DNA of 41,795 bases from a bacterium. Lineage in GTDB: Bacteria > JADJOY01. The notes under the pieces were generated by a model. That model made no database searches. It worked only from the letters and a program-made list of their open reading frames with translations, and was not told the DNA's origin. The position numbers were made by a program, and so were the translations under genes. Positions within the stretch are counted from its first letter, which is position 1; each line of letters starts with the position of its first letter. The stretch is taken from NCBI GenBank assembly GCA_046331705.1, contig JAXLQJ010000061.1, positions 1 to 41,795 on the forward strand, written 5' to 3'. Of the stretch, positions 7,958 through 16,513 are shown piece by piece.

Positions 7958-8527
7958 CTATCTCACCGGCGCCATCAGATGCTGATACGGAGTCCCGGCC
8001 CACATCACGTACGGCACGCTCGTGTCCGGATCGGCGCTCTTGGGATAGCCGTCGTAGAAGGAGGGATCGGCGCCGACGATCATCACGTGCGGCCCGGTCT
8101 TGATCCAATGATTGGATTCCGTCGGCTGGGTCGCGTAGGGATCGGTATTGCTGGCGTCGGTGCCGCCCGCGAGCATGTACATGAAGCCGACCTTGCCGGC
8201 TGGCGGTGGCTGATGGCTCATCCACGCGTGGACCCACTCGCTCGAGTTGGCGTCGAAGCACATCGGGTCGGGTCCGGGGGTCGCGGGGCTGTCCGGCATG
8301 CAGGTGAAGCCGTTGGTCCCGGGCTTCAGGGTGCGCATCGTGCCGTCGGCCTCCATGGAAACGATGGTGGCGTTCTTGGCGACGTTCGCCGGCGCGGCGG
8401 CCATGGCACTCGCGATGAGCTGCTTGTCGGTGGGCTTCGCCGCCGCCTTCTCGGCGGCCGAGCTCGGCGCCGCCGCCAGGACGGTCACCGCGGCGATGAG
8501 GGAGATCAGGGCGTGCTTCGTCTGCAT
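7958..8527 (-). CDS. Hypothetical secreted protein, Met/His-rich, two Cys
   Basis: AGGAGG RBS before ATG 8527. Sec signal MQTKHALISLIAAVTVLAAAPSSA; protein-like composition (GTNGFTCMPD, DPMCFD, GPHVM). Confidence 0.8.
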   Translation of the reverse strand: MQTKHALISLIAAVTVLAAAPSSAAEKAAAKPTDKQLIASAMAAAPANVAKNATIVSMEADGTMRTLKPGTNGFTCMPDSPATPGPDPMCFDANSSEWVHAWMSHQPPPAGKVGFMYMLAGGTDASNTDPYATQPTESNHWIKTGPHVMIVGADPSFYDGYPKSADPDTSVPYVMWAGTPYQHLMAPVR

Positions 8528-8734
8528 CGAGCTCCTCCTTCCGCCCGCTTGGGGCGCTTGGGGATGGGATCGTTCAGAACAGCGCTGCGCCTGCCCGCAC
8601 GGTAGCCAAGCCGCCGCCTGCGGCCGAGAACGACGCCAGCGACGAATGGCCACGCCCCCGGATACCCGCGGCCCGAGCCGAGCCGCGCACCCGGCGCGGG
8701 GACAGCCGCTCGCCGTCGCGGCCGCGGCCGAGGC

Positions 8735-10252
8735 TCAATCCGGGTAGAGCGACCGAATGCGCTCGGCGTCGAACCCGCCCACGGTCGGCGCGGTGAACGC
8801 CTCGAAGACCTTGCTGTCGTCGCGCGGGTCGAGCTCGGCGATCCGCGTGCGGAGGCCCACGGCCAGCGGGTCGAAGACCAGGATGTTGCCGTTGCCCAGC
8901 CCGTCGCAATCGCCCGCCACGAGCGAGAACGCCGGCGGGTGAAGGTCGGGATCGATGAAGTCCCAGACCTGACGCGCGGTGCGGTGCTCGGGATCGATGC
9001 GATAGCGCACGCAGCGGCTCCGCAGGGTGTCGATGGCGTTGTCGTAGACGAGGATGTCGCCGTCGGGGAGCTCCTCGACGTCGTGTTGTCGCGCCGGCAG
9101 GCGGCCGCCCGGCTCGAGCGCGAGAAACGGCCAGTCGTCGTCCTCGTGGGTGCGCGGATCGTCGCTGCCGAGCACCCAGCGCAGCTTGCCGTCGGCGAGC
9201 CCCATCTCGAACACCATGCGCTGGTCGAGCGCGCTCAGGAGCACGCTGTCGCGCTTCGGCACGTACGTCACGTTGTTCAAGTGGCACCAGCCGCGCACCA
9301 GCGACGAGCCGGGGTACCAGTGGTTCCAGTACGGGAAGAGCGCGTCGAGGCGGATTCGGTGCGGCGCCAGCACGTCGAGCATCGCCCAGCGGCGAGCGAC
9401 GTGCCCGGCGCCATCCAGCTCGACCAGCGAATCGGCGACCAGCTCGAGCGTGTTGGGCCCGGGCGGATCTCCGGGCGGGAACCCCGAGACCGGCACCAGC
9501 TCGGACGTCTGGGCGAGCAGATGGCCATCGGGCAGCACGTCGAAGTCGTGGTGGAGCATCTCGAGCCCGAGGGCCGCGGCGGCGTATTCGCGCACCAGGC
9601 GGCCGCGCAGGTCGATCTCCACGATGCGCTCCCACTCGGTGCCCGCCACGTACGCGATGTTGCCGCTGGCGAGGCGCTGGACGTGGGTGACGATCACCGG
9701 CGGCTCGGGTCGGTGGTACCAGACCGGCACCCCAGCCGCGTCGTAAGCAGCGATCCAGCCGGGATCCAGACCGCTCAAGCCCACGAGCGTGACCCCGGGC
9801 TCCATCCGCTCGGGCTGACTCACCCGCACGTCCAGCGTGGGAAACCCGGCGGGCAAGGGCTCGGTCGTGAAGCTCAGCGAGCGGTCCGGCACCACGCCCT
9901 CGCCCGCCAGCACCAGCTCGTAGCGAGTCTCGGGGGCGAGGCCGAGAAGCAATACCTCGTGCGAGGTGCCAGGGCTCGCCGTGAGCGTGCCCGACTCGGG
10001 GACCGTCCAGGTGCCGCTCGGACCCACCACCGAAACGCGCGGGCGGACGGCGCGCGCGGTCTGGAACGAGACCAGGGCGCTCTGCCTGTTCACTGGCTCG
10101 AGCGCCACGCGCGCGGCGCTCACGGCGATCGTGGGGCCGCCCTCCGCACCGCATCCACTCGCCGCGAGCCACGCACCGGCCAGCGCCGCGGCGAGCACCG
10201 CGCGCGCGTGCCCTCGGGCGCCCCGGCTTCGCGGCGCGCTGGACCCGCTCAC
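8735..10252 (-). CDS. Arylsulfotransferase (ASST)-family lipoprotein
   Basis: GTG start overlaps the SDR stop (GTGA). Lipobox-like LAASGC, Ig/FN3-like N-domain (HEVLLLGLAPETRY), HHDF, WCHLN, QHD, YDN motifs. Confidence 0.78.
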   Translation of the reverse strand: MSGSSAPRSRGARGHARAVLAAALAGAWLAASGCGAEGGPTIAVSAARVALEPVNRQSALVSFQTARAVRPRVSVVGPSGTWTVPESGTLTASPGTSHEVLLLGLAPETRYELVLAGEGVVPDRSLSFTTEPLPAGFPTLDVRVSQPERMEPGVTLVGLSGLDPGWIAAYDAAGVPVWYHRPEPPVIVTHVQRLASGNIAYVAGTEWERIVEIDLRGRLVREYAAAALGLEMLHHDFDVLPDGHLLAQTSELVPVSGFPPGDPPGPNTLELVADSLVELDGAGHVARRWAMLDVLAPHRIRLDALFPYWNHWYPGSSLVRGWCHLNNVTYVPKRDSVLLSALDQRMVFEMGLADGKLRWVLGSDDPRTHEDDDWPFLALEPGGRLPARQHDVEELPDGDILVYDNAIDTLRSRCVRYRIDPEHRTARQVWDFIDPDLHPPAFSLVAGDCDGLGNGNILVFDPLAVGLRTRIAELDPRDDSKVFEAFTAPTVGGFDAERIRSLYPD

Positions 10253-11124
10253 ATGAAGCGCAGCGGCGGGTTCTCGCGAGCGAGGATCCCCTGCAAACGC
10301 TCGCGCACCCGCTCGTCGGTCTGCTCGCTCTCGGGAAGGATCCAGAAGCGATCCCGGCGGATGCCGTCGATGGCGAGCTCTGCGACCTCGGCGGGCTCGG
10401 TCACCGCGAACTCGAGGCCCGCCGACTCGATCATGCCGCGGATGTCTTCCAGCGTGGGCGGCGGCGAGTCCGCCGGCTTCTCGTCCGGGAAGTCGGCGGG
10501 ACGATTGCGGTAGGCCGTGAAGATGTTGGTGCGCACCAGGTGCGGCCCGGGGAACAGCACTCCCGCCTTCACGGGCGCCCCGGACATCGAGAGCTGCGCG
10601 TGCAGCACCTCGGCCACACACGTGACCGCGGCCTTGGCCGCCGCGTAGATCGGCGTGGTGGGCAGCGGAAAGAGACCGCCGTTGCCCGACGAGGTACAGA
10701 TCACGTGCGCCTCTTCGTCGCGTTGCAGCAGGATCGGCACGAACGCCTTGATGCCGTTGAGCACGCCGAAGAGGTTGACGTCGAGCACCCAGCGCCAATC
10801 GGTCTCGGGAGAATCCCAGATCATCGAGCGTGTCTCGTCGGTCCCGACGCCCGCGTTCAGGAAGACCAGCTGGACGCCGCCGTAGGTCTCGAGCGTCTTG
10901 GCGGCGAGCGCCTTCACGGCGTCGAGCTTGCGCACGTCGGTGACCACACCGATCACCTCGTGACCGCGGGCGCGCATCTCGCTCACCGACGCATCGAGCG
11001 CCTTCGGCTCGACGTCGGCGAGCACGATCTTGACGTGCTCGCGCGCCAAGCGATCGGCGATGGCGCGGCCGATGCCGCTCGCTCCACCGGTGATGACCGC
11101 GACCTTGCCGGCAAAGTCCTTCAT
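10249..11124 (-). CDS. Short-chain dehydrogenase/reductase
   Basis: TGGASGIG, NAG, catalytic Ser (TSS) and YAAAK. ATGA overlap with the upstream gene. Confidence 0.93.
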   Translation of the reverse strand: MKDFAGKVAVITGGASGIGRAIADRLAREHVKIVLADVEPKALDASVSEMRARGHEVIGVVTDVRKLDAVKALAAKTLETYGGVQLVFLNAGVGTDETRSMIWDSPETDWRWVLDVNLFGVLNGIKAFVPILLQRDEEAHVICTSSGNGGLFPLPTTPIYAAAKAAVTCVAEVLHAQLSMSGAPVKAGVLFPGPHLVRTNIFTAYRNRPADFPDEKPADSPPPTLEDIRGMIESAGLEFAVTEPAEVAELAIDGIRRDRFWILPESEQTDERVRERLQGILARENPPLRFM

Positions 11125-11939
11125 GCCGCCTGCTCCGACGCGAGCGCGACCTCGAGACCGGGGAACATCGGATCGTCGTAGCGCTGGTGGATGAAGGGCG
11201 CCAGCCACTCTCCCGGCACCGAGCGCAGCACGGCGCCGCTCGATTCGACGTCGCTCACCTCGAGCTCGAGCGTCACGAGCTTGCGCACCGGCAGGTCCGC
11301 CACCGGATCGAAGGGCGAATCCGACAGCAGCACCTCGCCGTCCAGGACCTCCGTGCTCGCCATCACCAGCTTCCATTCGAGACGGCAGAGCAACGGATCA
11401 CCGTCGAAACCTTGCGCCGGCGGCGGCGCCGGGAGCGCCTTGAAGGTGTAGGCGCGATCGACGCGATTCGCCGGCTTGCCACGACGCACGGCGCGTCCGC
11501 GCAGCTCGAGGTACGGGATGCCCATGCGGCTGATGCGGCCCACGTGGAACCCGTGCTCCTCGCCGAGCGTGATCTCGGCGAGCTTCTTGGGCTCGCCGTA
11601 GATCTCGCGTCCGCCCACGACGGCGGCCTCCGTGGTCATGGGCATGGTGAGCGGGTAGAGGCCCTCGACGCCCTCGTAGCTGCACGTCACGCCGAAGGTC
11701 CCGGCGCCGAGCGGAAACGTCATGTCGCCCGGCAGATGGATGGTCACGTCGCTCACGATCGCGTGGACCTCGGGCCGTGCAGCGGGCGCGAGCGGGCGCG
11801 GCAGCACCGCCGCGATCAGCTCGGGGTCGGTCTCGTAGATGGCGCGGATCGAGCGCACCTCGCTGCGGAGGTAGCCGGGTCCCGCCGCGCGCGCCTCGGC
11901 GAGCTGCTGGGCGGATTTCGCGTAACGCAGTCGTGCCAT
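11121..11939 (-). CDS. Acetoacetate decarboxylase-like superfamily protein
   Basis: YETDP, LPRPL, GREIYGEPKK (Schiff-base Lys motif), DPVADLPV. AGGAG RBS. Confidence 0.88.
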   Translation of the reverse strand: MARLRYAKSAQQLAEARAAGPGYLRSEVRSIRAIYETDPELIAAVLPRPLAPAARPEVHAIVSDVTIHLPGDMTFPLGAGTFGVTCSYEGVEGLYPLTMPMTTEAAVVGGREIYGEPKKLAEITLGEEHGFHVGRISRMGIPYLELRGRAVRRGKPANRVDRAYTFKALPAPPPAQGFDGDPLLCRLEWKLVMASTEVLDGEVLLSDSPFDPVADLPVRKLVTLELEVSDVESSGAVLRSVPGEWLAPFIHQRYDDPMFPGLEVALASEQAA

Positions 11940-11996
11940 GGATCGGTGCTCCTCGATGCGATGGGTGAAGGGGCGCGATGGTAACCCCGGAAGGGC

Positions 11997-13211
11997 TCAG
12001 CCCGCGAGCGCGGTGGGTGCGTCCGTCGGCAGCGAGAGATCCTCGGGGCGCGGGCCAATGCGCGCGACCAGTGGAGCCAACGCCTCGACGTCGAAGCCGT
12101 AGACGTTCGCTGCGGTGCCCCCGAGCATCTTGCGCACGTCCTCGTCGGGGATGTCGTGGAAGGACTCGGACATGAACTTCCGCGTGTACGGCCACGCCCC
12201 TTCGGGGTGCGGGTAATCGCTGCCCCACATCATCCGGTCGACGCCGATGAGGTGCCGCATCTCGACGTCGACGCGGCTCGTGACCGAGGCGCCCACGAAG
12301 CAGTTGCGATCGAAGTACTCGCTCGGCTTCATCTTCATCTCGCTGCGATAAGGCGCGAGCTTGGCGGTGAAGTGGTTCGCCTCGAAGCGCTGATCCATGA
12401 GGGCCTTGAGCTCGGGCACCCAGGACGCGCCCAGCTCGGTGATGACGAACTTGAGCTTGGGGTGACGCTCGAAGACGCCGCTCCAGATCAGGAACCACGC
12501 CGGGCGGGTCGACCACCACGCCACCTCGGTGATGAAGATGCCGATGCAGCCGGGGTGGTCGCCGTAATCCTCGGTGGGCGCGGCGCCGCCGTGGATGTTG
12601 ACCGGCATGTCGAGCTCTTCGCAGAGCGACCACACGGGCTCGTAGACCGGCGAGTGGTAAGGCTCGTGCTTGCCCCACATCGGGCCGATGAAGACCCCGC
12701 GCAGCCCGTGGGCGTGCGCCCAGCGGATCTCCTCGACGGCGCGCACGGGATCGTGCGCCATCGGGATCACCGCCATCCCCGCGCGGCGCTTGGGCGACTG
12801 CTGACAGAACTCGGAGATCCAGCGGTTGTGGGCCTTCGCGCCGGCCCAGATCAGCTCGCTCGGGACCTCGGGGGGCAACGTGAGCCCGGCGCCGAAGGGC
12901 GGCAGGTTCCCGTCGTTGACCCCGTCCGGGAAGATCACCTCGCCGGCGATCCCGTCGGCGTCGAGCTGGCGGGTGCGCTCGTCGGAATCCCAGGCACCCT
13001 TCCAGCCGTCGCCGGTGTCGCGCCGCCACGCCGCCTTGAACTCGTCGGGCATGAACTTGCGCGTCAGCCGCTCGACCTCCTGCTCCTGGATCGGCAGCGC
13101 CGCGTCGAACATCTCGCGGAACTCCGGGTCCACGTAGTCGCGATAACGCGCGCCCGGCAACCCGGCGTGGCAATCGGAGGAGATGACGAGGTAGCGATCG
13201 GTCTTGCTCAT
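11997..13211 (-). CDS. Amidohydrolase_2-family metallo-hydrolase/decarboxylase
   Basis: True start ATG 13211 (ATGA overlap with the Rieske stop). ISSDCH, NIHGG, GVFERHPKLK, WGSDYPH. Confidence 0.9.
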   Translation of the reverse strand: MSKTDRYLVISSDCHAGLPGARYRDYVDPEFREMFDAALPIQEQEVERLTRKFMPDEFKAAWRRDTGDGWKGAWDSDERTRQLDADGIAGEVIFPDGVNDGNLPPFGAGLTLPPEVPSELIWAGAKAHNRWISEFCQQSPKRRAGMAVIPMAHDPVRAVEEIRWAHAHGLRGVFIGPMWGKHEPYHSPVYEPVWSLCEELDMPVNIHGGAAPTEDYGDHPGCIGIFITEVAWWSTRPAWFLIWSGVFERHPKLKFVITELGASWVPELKALMDQRFEANHFTAKLAPYRSEMKMKPSEYFDRNCFVGASVTSRVDVEMRHLIGVDRMMWGSDYPHPEGAWPYTRKFMSESFHDIPDEDVRKMLGGTAANVYGFDVEALAPLVARIGPRPEDLSLPTDAPTALAG

Positions 13212-14263
13212 GCGTGGCCCTCCGCTTCCCGATGCTCGAGGGGCTGCGCGAGCGTGCGGTCTCGCGCTGCCGCTGCAGGCGCCGCCGCGTTCGGCCGCTG
13301 CGCGGCCTCGGTCACGGGACGCGAGTAGAACTGACGCACCCACTTCCGGAACTCGGCCAGCTCGCGATCGGCCTTGCAGAGCACCGGATCGGGCCGATGG
13401 ATCTTGTTCTCCCAGATCGGGATGTCTTGCTTCACGCCTTCGATCGCCCACGGCAGGAACTCGGCGCCCACCGTGTCCGCGAGGTCCTCGCCCACGGTGA
13501 TGAGCCAGCGCGAGACGCAGCGGTGCGCGTCGATGGGGCTGGTCGAGGTGTACATGAGCAGGCCCTTCTCGCCGAAGCCCATCATGCGCACCGAGGTGAG
13601 GCCGAGCCCCCAGGTGTCGCGCTCCAGATCCACCGTGAACTTGCCGTAGGGCGTGTCGTTGGTGTGCTTGCTGCGCACCCGCAGGAACCGCCCGCCTTCG
13701 CCGTACGAGATCTCCACCTCGTCCTCGGGCGGGCCGTGGTGCACGTAGAGGAAGTGCTGAGGATCGAGGTTGTTCTCGGCCATGTCCTGCATGTGCACGC
13801 CGACCTCGACCTCGTGGATGATCGGCTCGGTCCAGCCTTCCCCGCCGATCTCGCTCAGCTCCGGCACGTCCCAGGACGGCGGCTCGTCCTCGGCGTGCCG
13901 CCAGACCAGGATCATGCGGTTGCGCTCGATCACCGGCCACGACTTCTGGCGGGCCCGCGGCGGGATCGAATCGCAGTAGGGGATCGACTCGCACTGGCCG
14001 CTCGCCCCGAACTCCCAGCCGTGGAACGGACAGCGAATGCGCTCGCCGAGCACCCGACCACCCTGCCCCAGATGGGCGCCCAGGTGCGCGCAGTACGCGT
14101 TCAGCACCACCGGCTTGCCGGCGCGTGTACGAAAGACGACCAGGTCCTCGCCGAAGTAGTGGATCTTCCTCACCTCGCCCGGCACCAGGTCCTTCGACCA
14201 GCCGACGCAAAACCAGCCGTTGGGCAAGGGCAACGCGGTGTCGTGATTGACCGGCAGCTTCAA
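13208..14263 (-). CDS. Rieske non-heme iron oxygenase (KshA / cholesterol 7-desaturase-like)
   Basis: CAH..CPFHGW Rieske ligands, EN.LDPQHFLYVH mononuclear iron site, DIPIWENK. AGGAGG RBS before a TTG start. Confidence 0.9.
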   Translation of the reverse strand: MKLPVNHDTALPLPNGWFCVGWSKDLVPGEVRKIHYFGEDLVVFRTRAGKPVVLNAYCAHLGAHLGQGGRVLGERIRCPFHGWEFGASGQCESIPYCDSIPPRARQKSWPVIERNRMILVWRHAEDEPPSWDVPELSEIGGEGWTEPIIHEVEVGVHMQDMAENNLDPQHFLYVHHGPPEDEVEISYGEGGRFLRVRSKHTNDTPYGKFTVDLERDTWGLGLTSVRMMGFGEKGLLMYTSTSPIDAHRCVSRWLITVGEDLADTVGAEFLPWAIEGVKQDIPIWENKIHRPDPVLCKADRELAEFRKWVRQFYSRPVTEAAQRPNAAAPAAAARDRTLAQPLEHREAEGHA

Positions 14264-14320
14264 CGGTGCCTCCTGGCTCGCGACGTCGACCGGGCGCGAA
14301 TGCCGGTGACCACGGTGACG

Positions 14321-14386
14321 ATCCTAGGCGCTCGTGTCTCCGCGAGGCGAGGACCGCCGAGGCCAATCACCGGACAGAAGCGGCCA
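14321..14386 (-). promoter_or_regulatory. Putative AraC-activated promoter of the Rieske operon
   Basis: Tandem boxes GGAC-N6-GGCCA at 14351-14365 and 14372-14386 (21-bp period). -10-like TAGGAT on the minus strand at 14326-14321. Confidence 0.6.
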
Positions 14387-14402
14387 CCCCTGACGGCGGC
14401 CC

Positions 14403-16067
14403 TCAGCCGTTCCTTCCCAGCGCGAGGCGGGAGGGGATCCAGAGCGCGCGGGTGTCTCCACCCGGGTCCGCCACCACCGACGTCGTGACCGTGGGTCCGT
14501 CCGCGTCGAACACCATCGTGGGACGGAGCGCCGTGTCGTAGGGCGGCCACGACAGACCGCCGCGGACGCTCGGATCGCCGGTCCGCGCGAACGCGATCCA
14601 CGCGTCCATCATCTGGTCCACGAGCGCGCGCGGCGCCGACTCGCCCCCGGGGCCGTAGCAGCCCGGCCAGCCGTCGGGCGTACCGAGCGTGAAGCCCACC
14701 TCGGCGGCGTGGCGTGCGCCCATGTCGATGCCGGGGTGATCCGGGCTCGGCGGCACCCAGTCGAAGCGGTAGACGAAGACGTGGCCAGGCTCGAACGCGA
14801 GCTGGGACTCGGCGAGGTGCAGGATCGGCAAGCGGAAGAGTGCGTCCGTCCCGATCGCCATCGAGATCAGATTGGGCGGCAGCCCGGGGTTGGACCGCTG
14901 ATACGCGTCGACGGCGTCGGCGGCGCTCACGCCTTCGGCCAACGCGTTGGTGAGGAGCTCGAGGAGCGCGATCGGGATCGCCGGCACGAAGAGCGGGGAC
15001 TGGAGGAACGAGATGCGGGGCAACCAGCCGCGCGCCTCGTCACGCGTGGTGCCGGTGAGCACCGGCACGTGCGCCGCGGAACCCAGCTCGACGGCGCGCA
15101 TCGGCGCCACCGGGAACACCACGCCATCGAACGTGGGACCGAAGCTGCCGTCGCCAAGCGCGGCCTGTGCGGCGAGGAGATCCGCGACCGGCGCGTCTCG
15201 AAGCTGACGTTCGTCGTCGAGCCCGAGCGCCGCCGCCAGCTCGCCGGTGACCGCTCGCGCGGCCTGCCAGGGCCGGATCAGCGATGCGACGTTGGCTTGC
15301 ACGATCGCCTTGTGGATCAGCTCGCTCCCGCCGGGCAAGCCCAGCAGCGCTGCCACCGCCATCCCACCCGCCGACTGACCGAAGAGCGTCACGTTGCCGG
15401 GATCGCCGCCGAACGACGCGATGTGGTCGCGCACCCAGGTGAGCGCCAGGCGCTCGTCGAGGATCGCGGCGTTGCCGCTGCCTTCGACACCCTCGAGCTG
15501 GGTGAAGCCGAGCGCTCCCAGCCGGTACTCGATCGAGACCACCACCAGCTGGCCGCGGGCCGCGAGGCGCGCTCCCGAATAGAACGGGTCCTCGGTGCCC
15601 TCGTACGCGAAGGCGCCGCCGTGCACCCACACCATCACCGGCCGATGGCCGTCGTCCGCGGAGGGCGTCCAGACGTTGAGATGGAGACAGTCCTCGTCCT
15701 GACGCGTGTAGACGTAGCCGAACTCCTCGGGCGGCTGCGGGCAGGCCGGCCCGAAGGACGTGGCGTCGACCCGCGCCGGCCACGACTGCACGGCGAGCGG
15801 CGGCGCGAAGCGACGAGCGCCGACAGGCGGCTCGGCATACGGCAGGCCCAGAAACGCCGCCACACCCTCGGTCGTCACGAATCCTTGCGCCGTGCCGAGC
15901 GAGGTGACGGCCGTCGTGTTCGGCGCCCCAGGGATGCCCGGCGCGGACGCGCCGCTGGCGCAGGCGGCAACGAGCGTCAGCACGCAACACGCGATCCATC
16001 GCCGAGCACGCAGGTCGTCGGCCCGTGGCGAGGGCACTCGCTCGCGAAGACCCGAGCCGCGAGCCAT
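14403..16067 (-). CDS. Type-B carboxylesterase (pNB esterase-like), probably exported/lipoprotein
   Basis: FLGLPYAEPP, EDCLHLNVW, WVHGG, GGDPGNVTLFGQSAGG, GTTRDE, GARHAAE. Start uncertain; ATG 16067 precedes the hydrophobic segment ending LVAAC. Confidence 0.88.
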   Translation of the reverse strand: MARGSGLRERVPSPRADDLRARRWIACCVLTLVAACASGASAPGIPGAPNTTAVTSLGTAQGFVTTEGVAAFLGLPYAEPPVGARRFAPPLAVQSWPARVDATSFGPACPQPPEEFGYVYTRQDEDCLHLNVWTPSADDGHRPVMVWVHGGAFAYEGTEDPFYSGARLAARGQLVVVSIEYRLGALGFTQLEGVEGSGNAAILDERLALTWVRDHIASFGGDPGNVTLFGQSAGGMAVAALLGLPGGSELIHKAIVQANVASLIRPWQAARAVTGELAAALGLDDERQLRDAPVADLLAAQAALGDGSFGPTFDGVVFPVAPMRAVELGSAAHVPVLTGTTRDEARGWLPRISFLQSPLFVPAIPIALLELLTNALAEGVSAADAVDAYQRSNPGLPPNLISMAIGTDALFRLPILHLAESQLAFEPGHVFVYRFDWVPPSPDHPGIDMGARHAAEVGFTLGTPDGWPGCYGPGGESAPRALVDQMMDAWIAFARTGDPSVRGGLSWPPYDTALRPTMVFDADGPTVTTSVVADPGGDTRALWIPSRLALGRNG

Positions 16068-16189
16068 CCACGTCGCAACGGCAGCCCGCCACCCGCGGGC
16101 CGAGGTGCTGCCGCTCGGGCGCCCCGCCCAACGATGGATGCGTCGGGGATGCGCCGTCCCGCGTGCCGGAACCCGGTGAATCATCTCGC

Positions 16190-16220
16190 GCACCCTTCGC
16201 ACCCTTCGCACCCTGCGCAC
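16190..16220. repeat. 9-bp tandem repeat (GCACCCTTC x about 3.4)
   Basis: GCACCCTTC GCACCCTTC GCACCCTGC GCAC read directly. Confidence 0.8.
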
Positions 16221-16405
16221 ATCGTCGGCGCTGCGGGTTTCCCTTTGGCGTTCACTGCTGACCTCGCTGGGCGGATCGTCGGTGCGGGCACCGTCGTCGA
16301 TCGCGCATGTCGTACGCGGGAGCCAGCGGAGCCGCGTCGTTTCGCGCCGCGAGCTCGTCGAACCACGTGAGGCCGTCACCGGGCGGGTTGGCGAGCGCGT
16401 CGGAA

Positions 16406-16470
16406 AGTCTAGGAACGCGCGCCCGCGGCGACGAGGACCGAAGCGGCCAATCATGGAACGCGAACGGACA
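16406..16470 (-). promoter_or_regulatory. Putative AraC-activated promoter of the carboxylesterase
   Basis: GGACCGAAGCGGCCA (16435-16449) and GAACGCGAACGGACA (16456-16470), 21-bp period. -10-like TAGACT on the minus strand at 16411-16406. Same geometry as 14321-14386. Confidence 0.6.
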
Positions 16471-16513
16471 GCCTTGACGCGCCGGTGCGAGCTTCGAGAG
16501 CTTTAGGCGAGTG

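Noticed and set aside
11997-14366. Apparent 789-aa amidohydrolase with a long N-extension (likewise extended ORFs for ASST, SDR, P450, HSL esterase, NtpA/B/C/D)
   Set aside because: The extensions overlap upstream genes in another frame. Real starts are marked by RBS or ATGA/GTGA overlaps, so these are not fusions.
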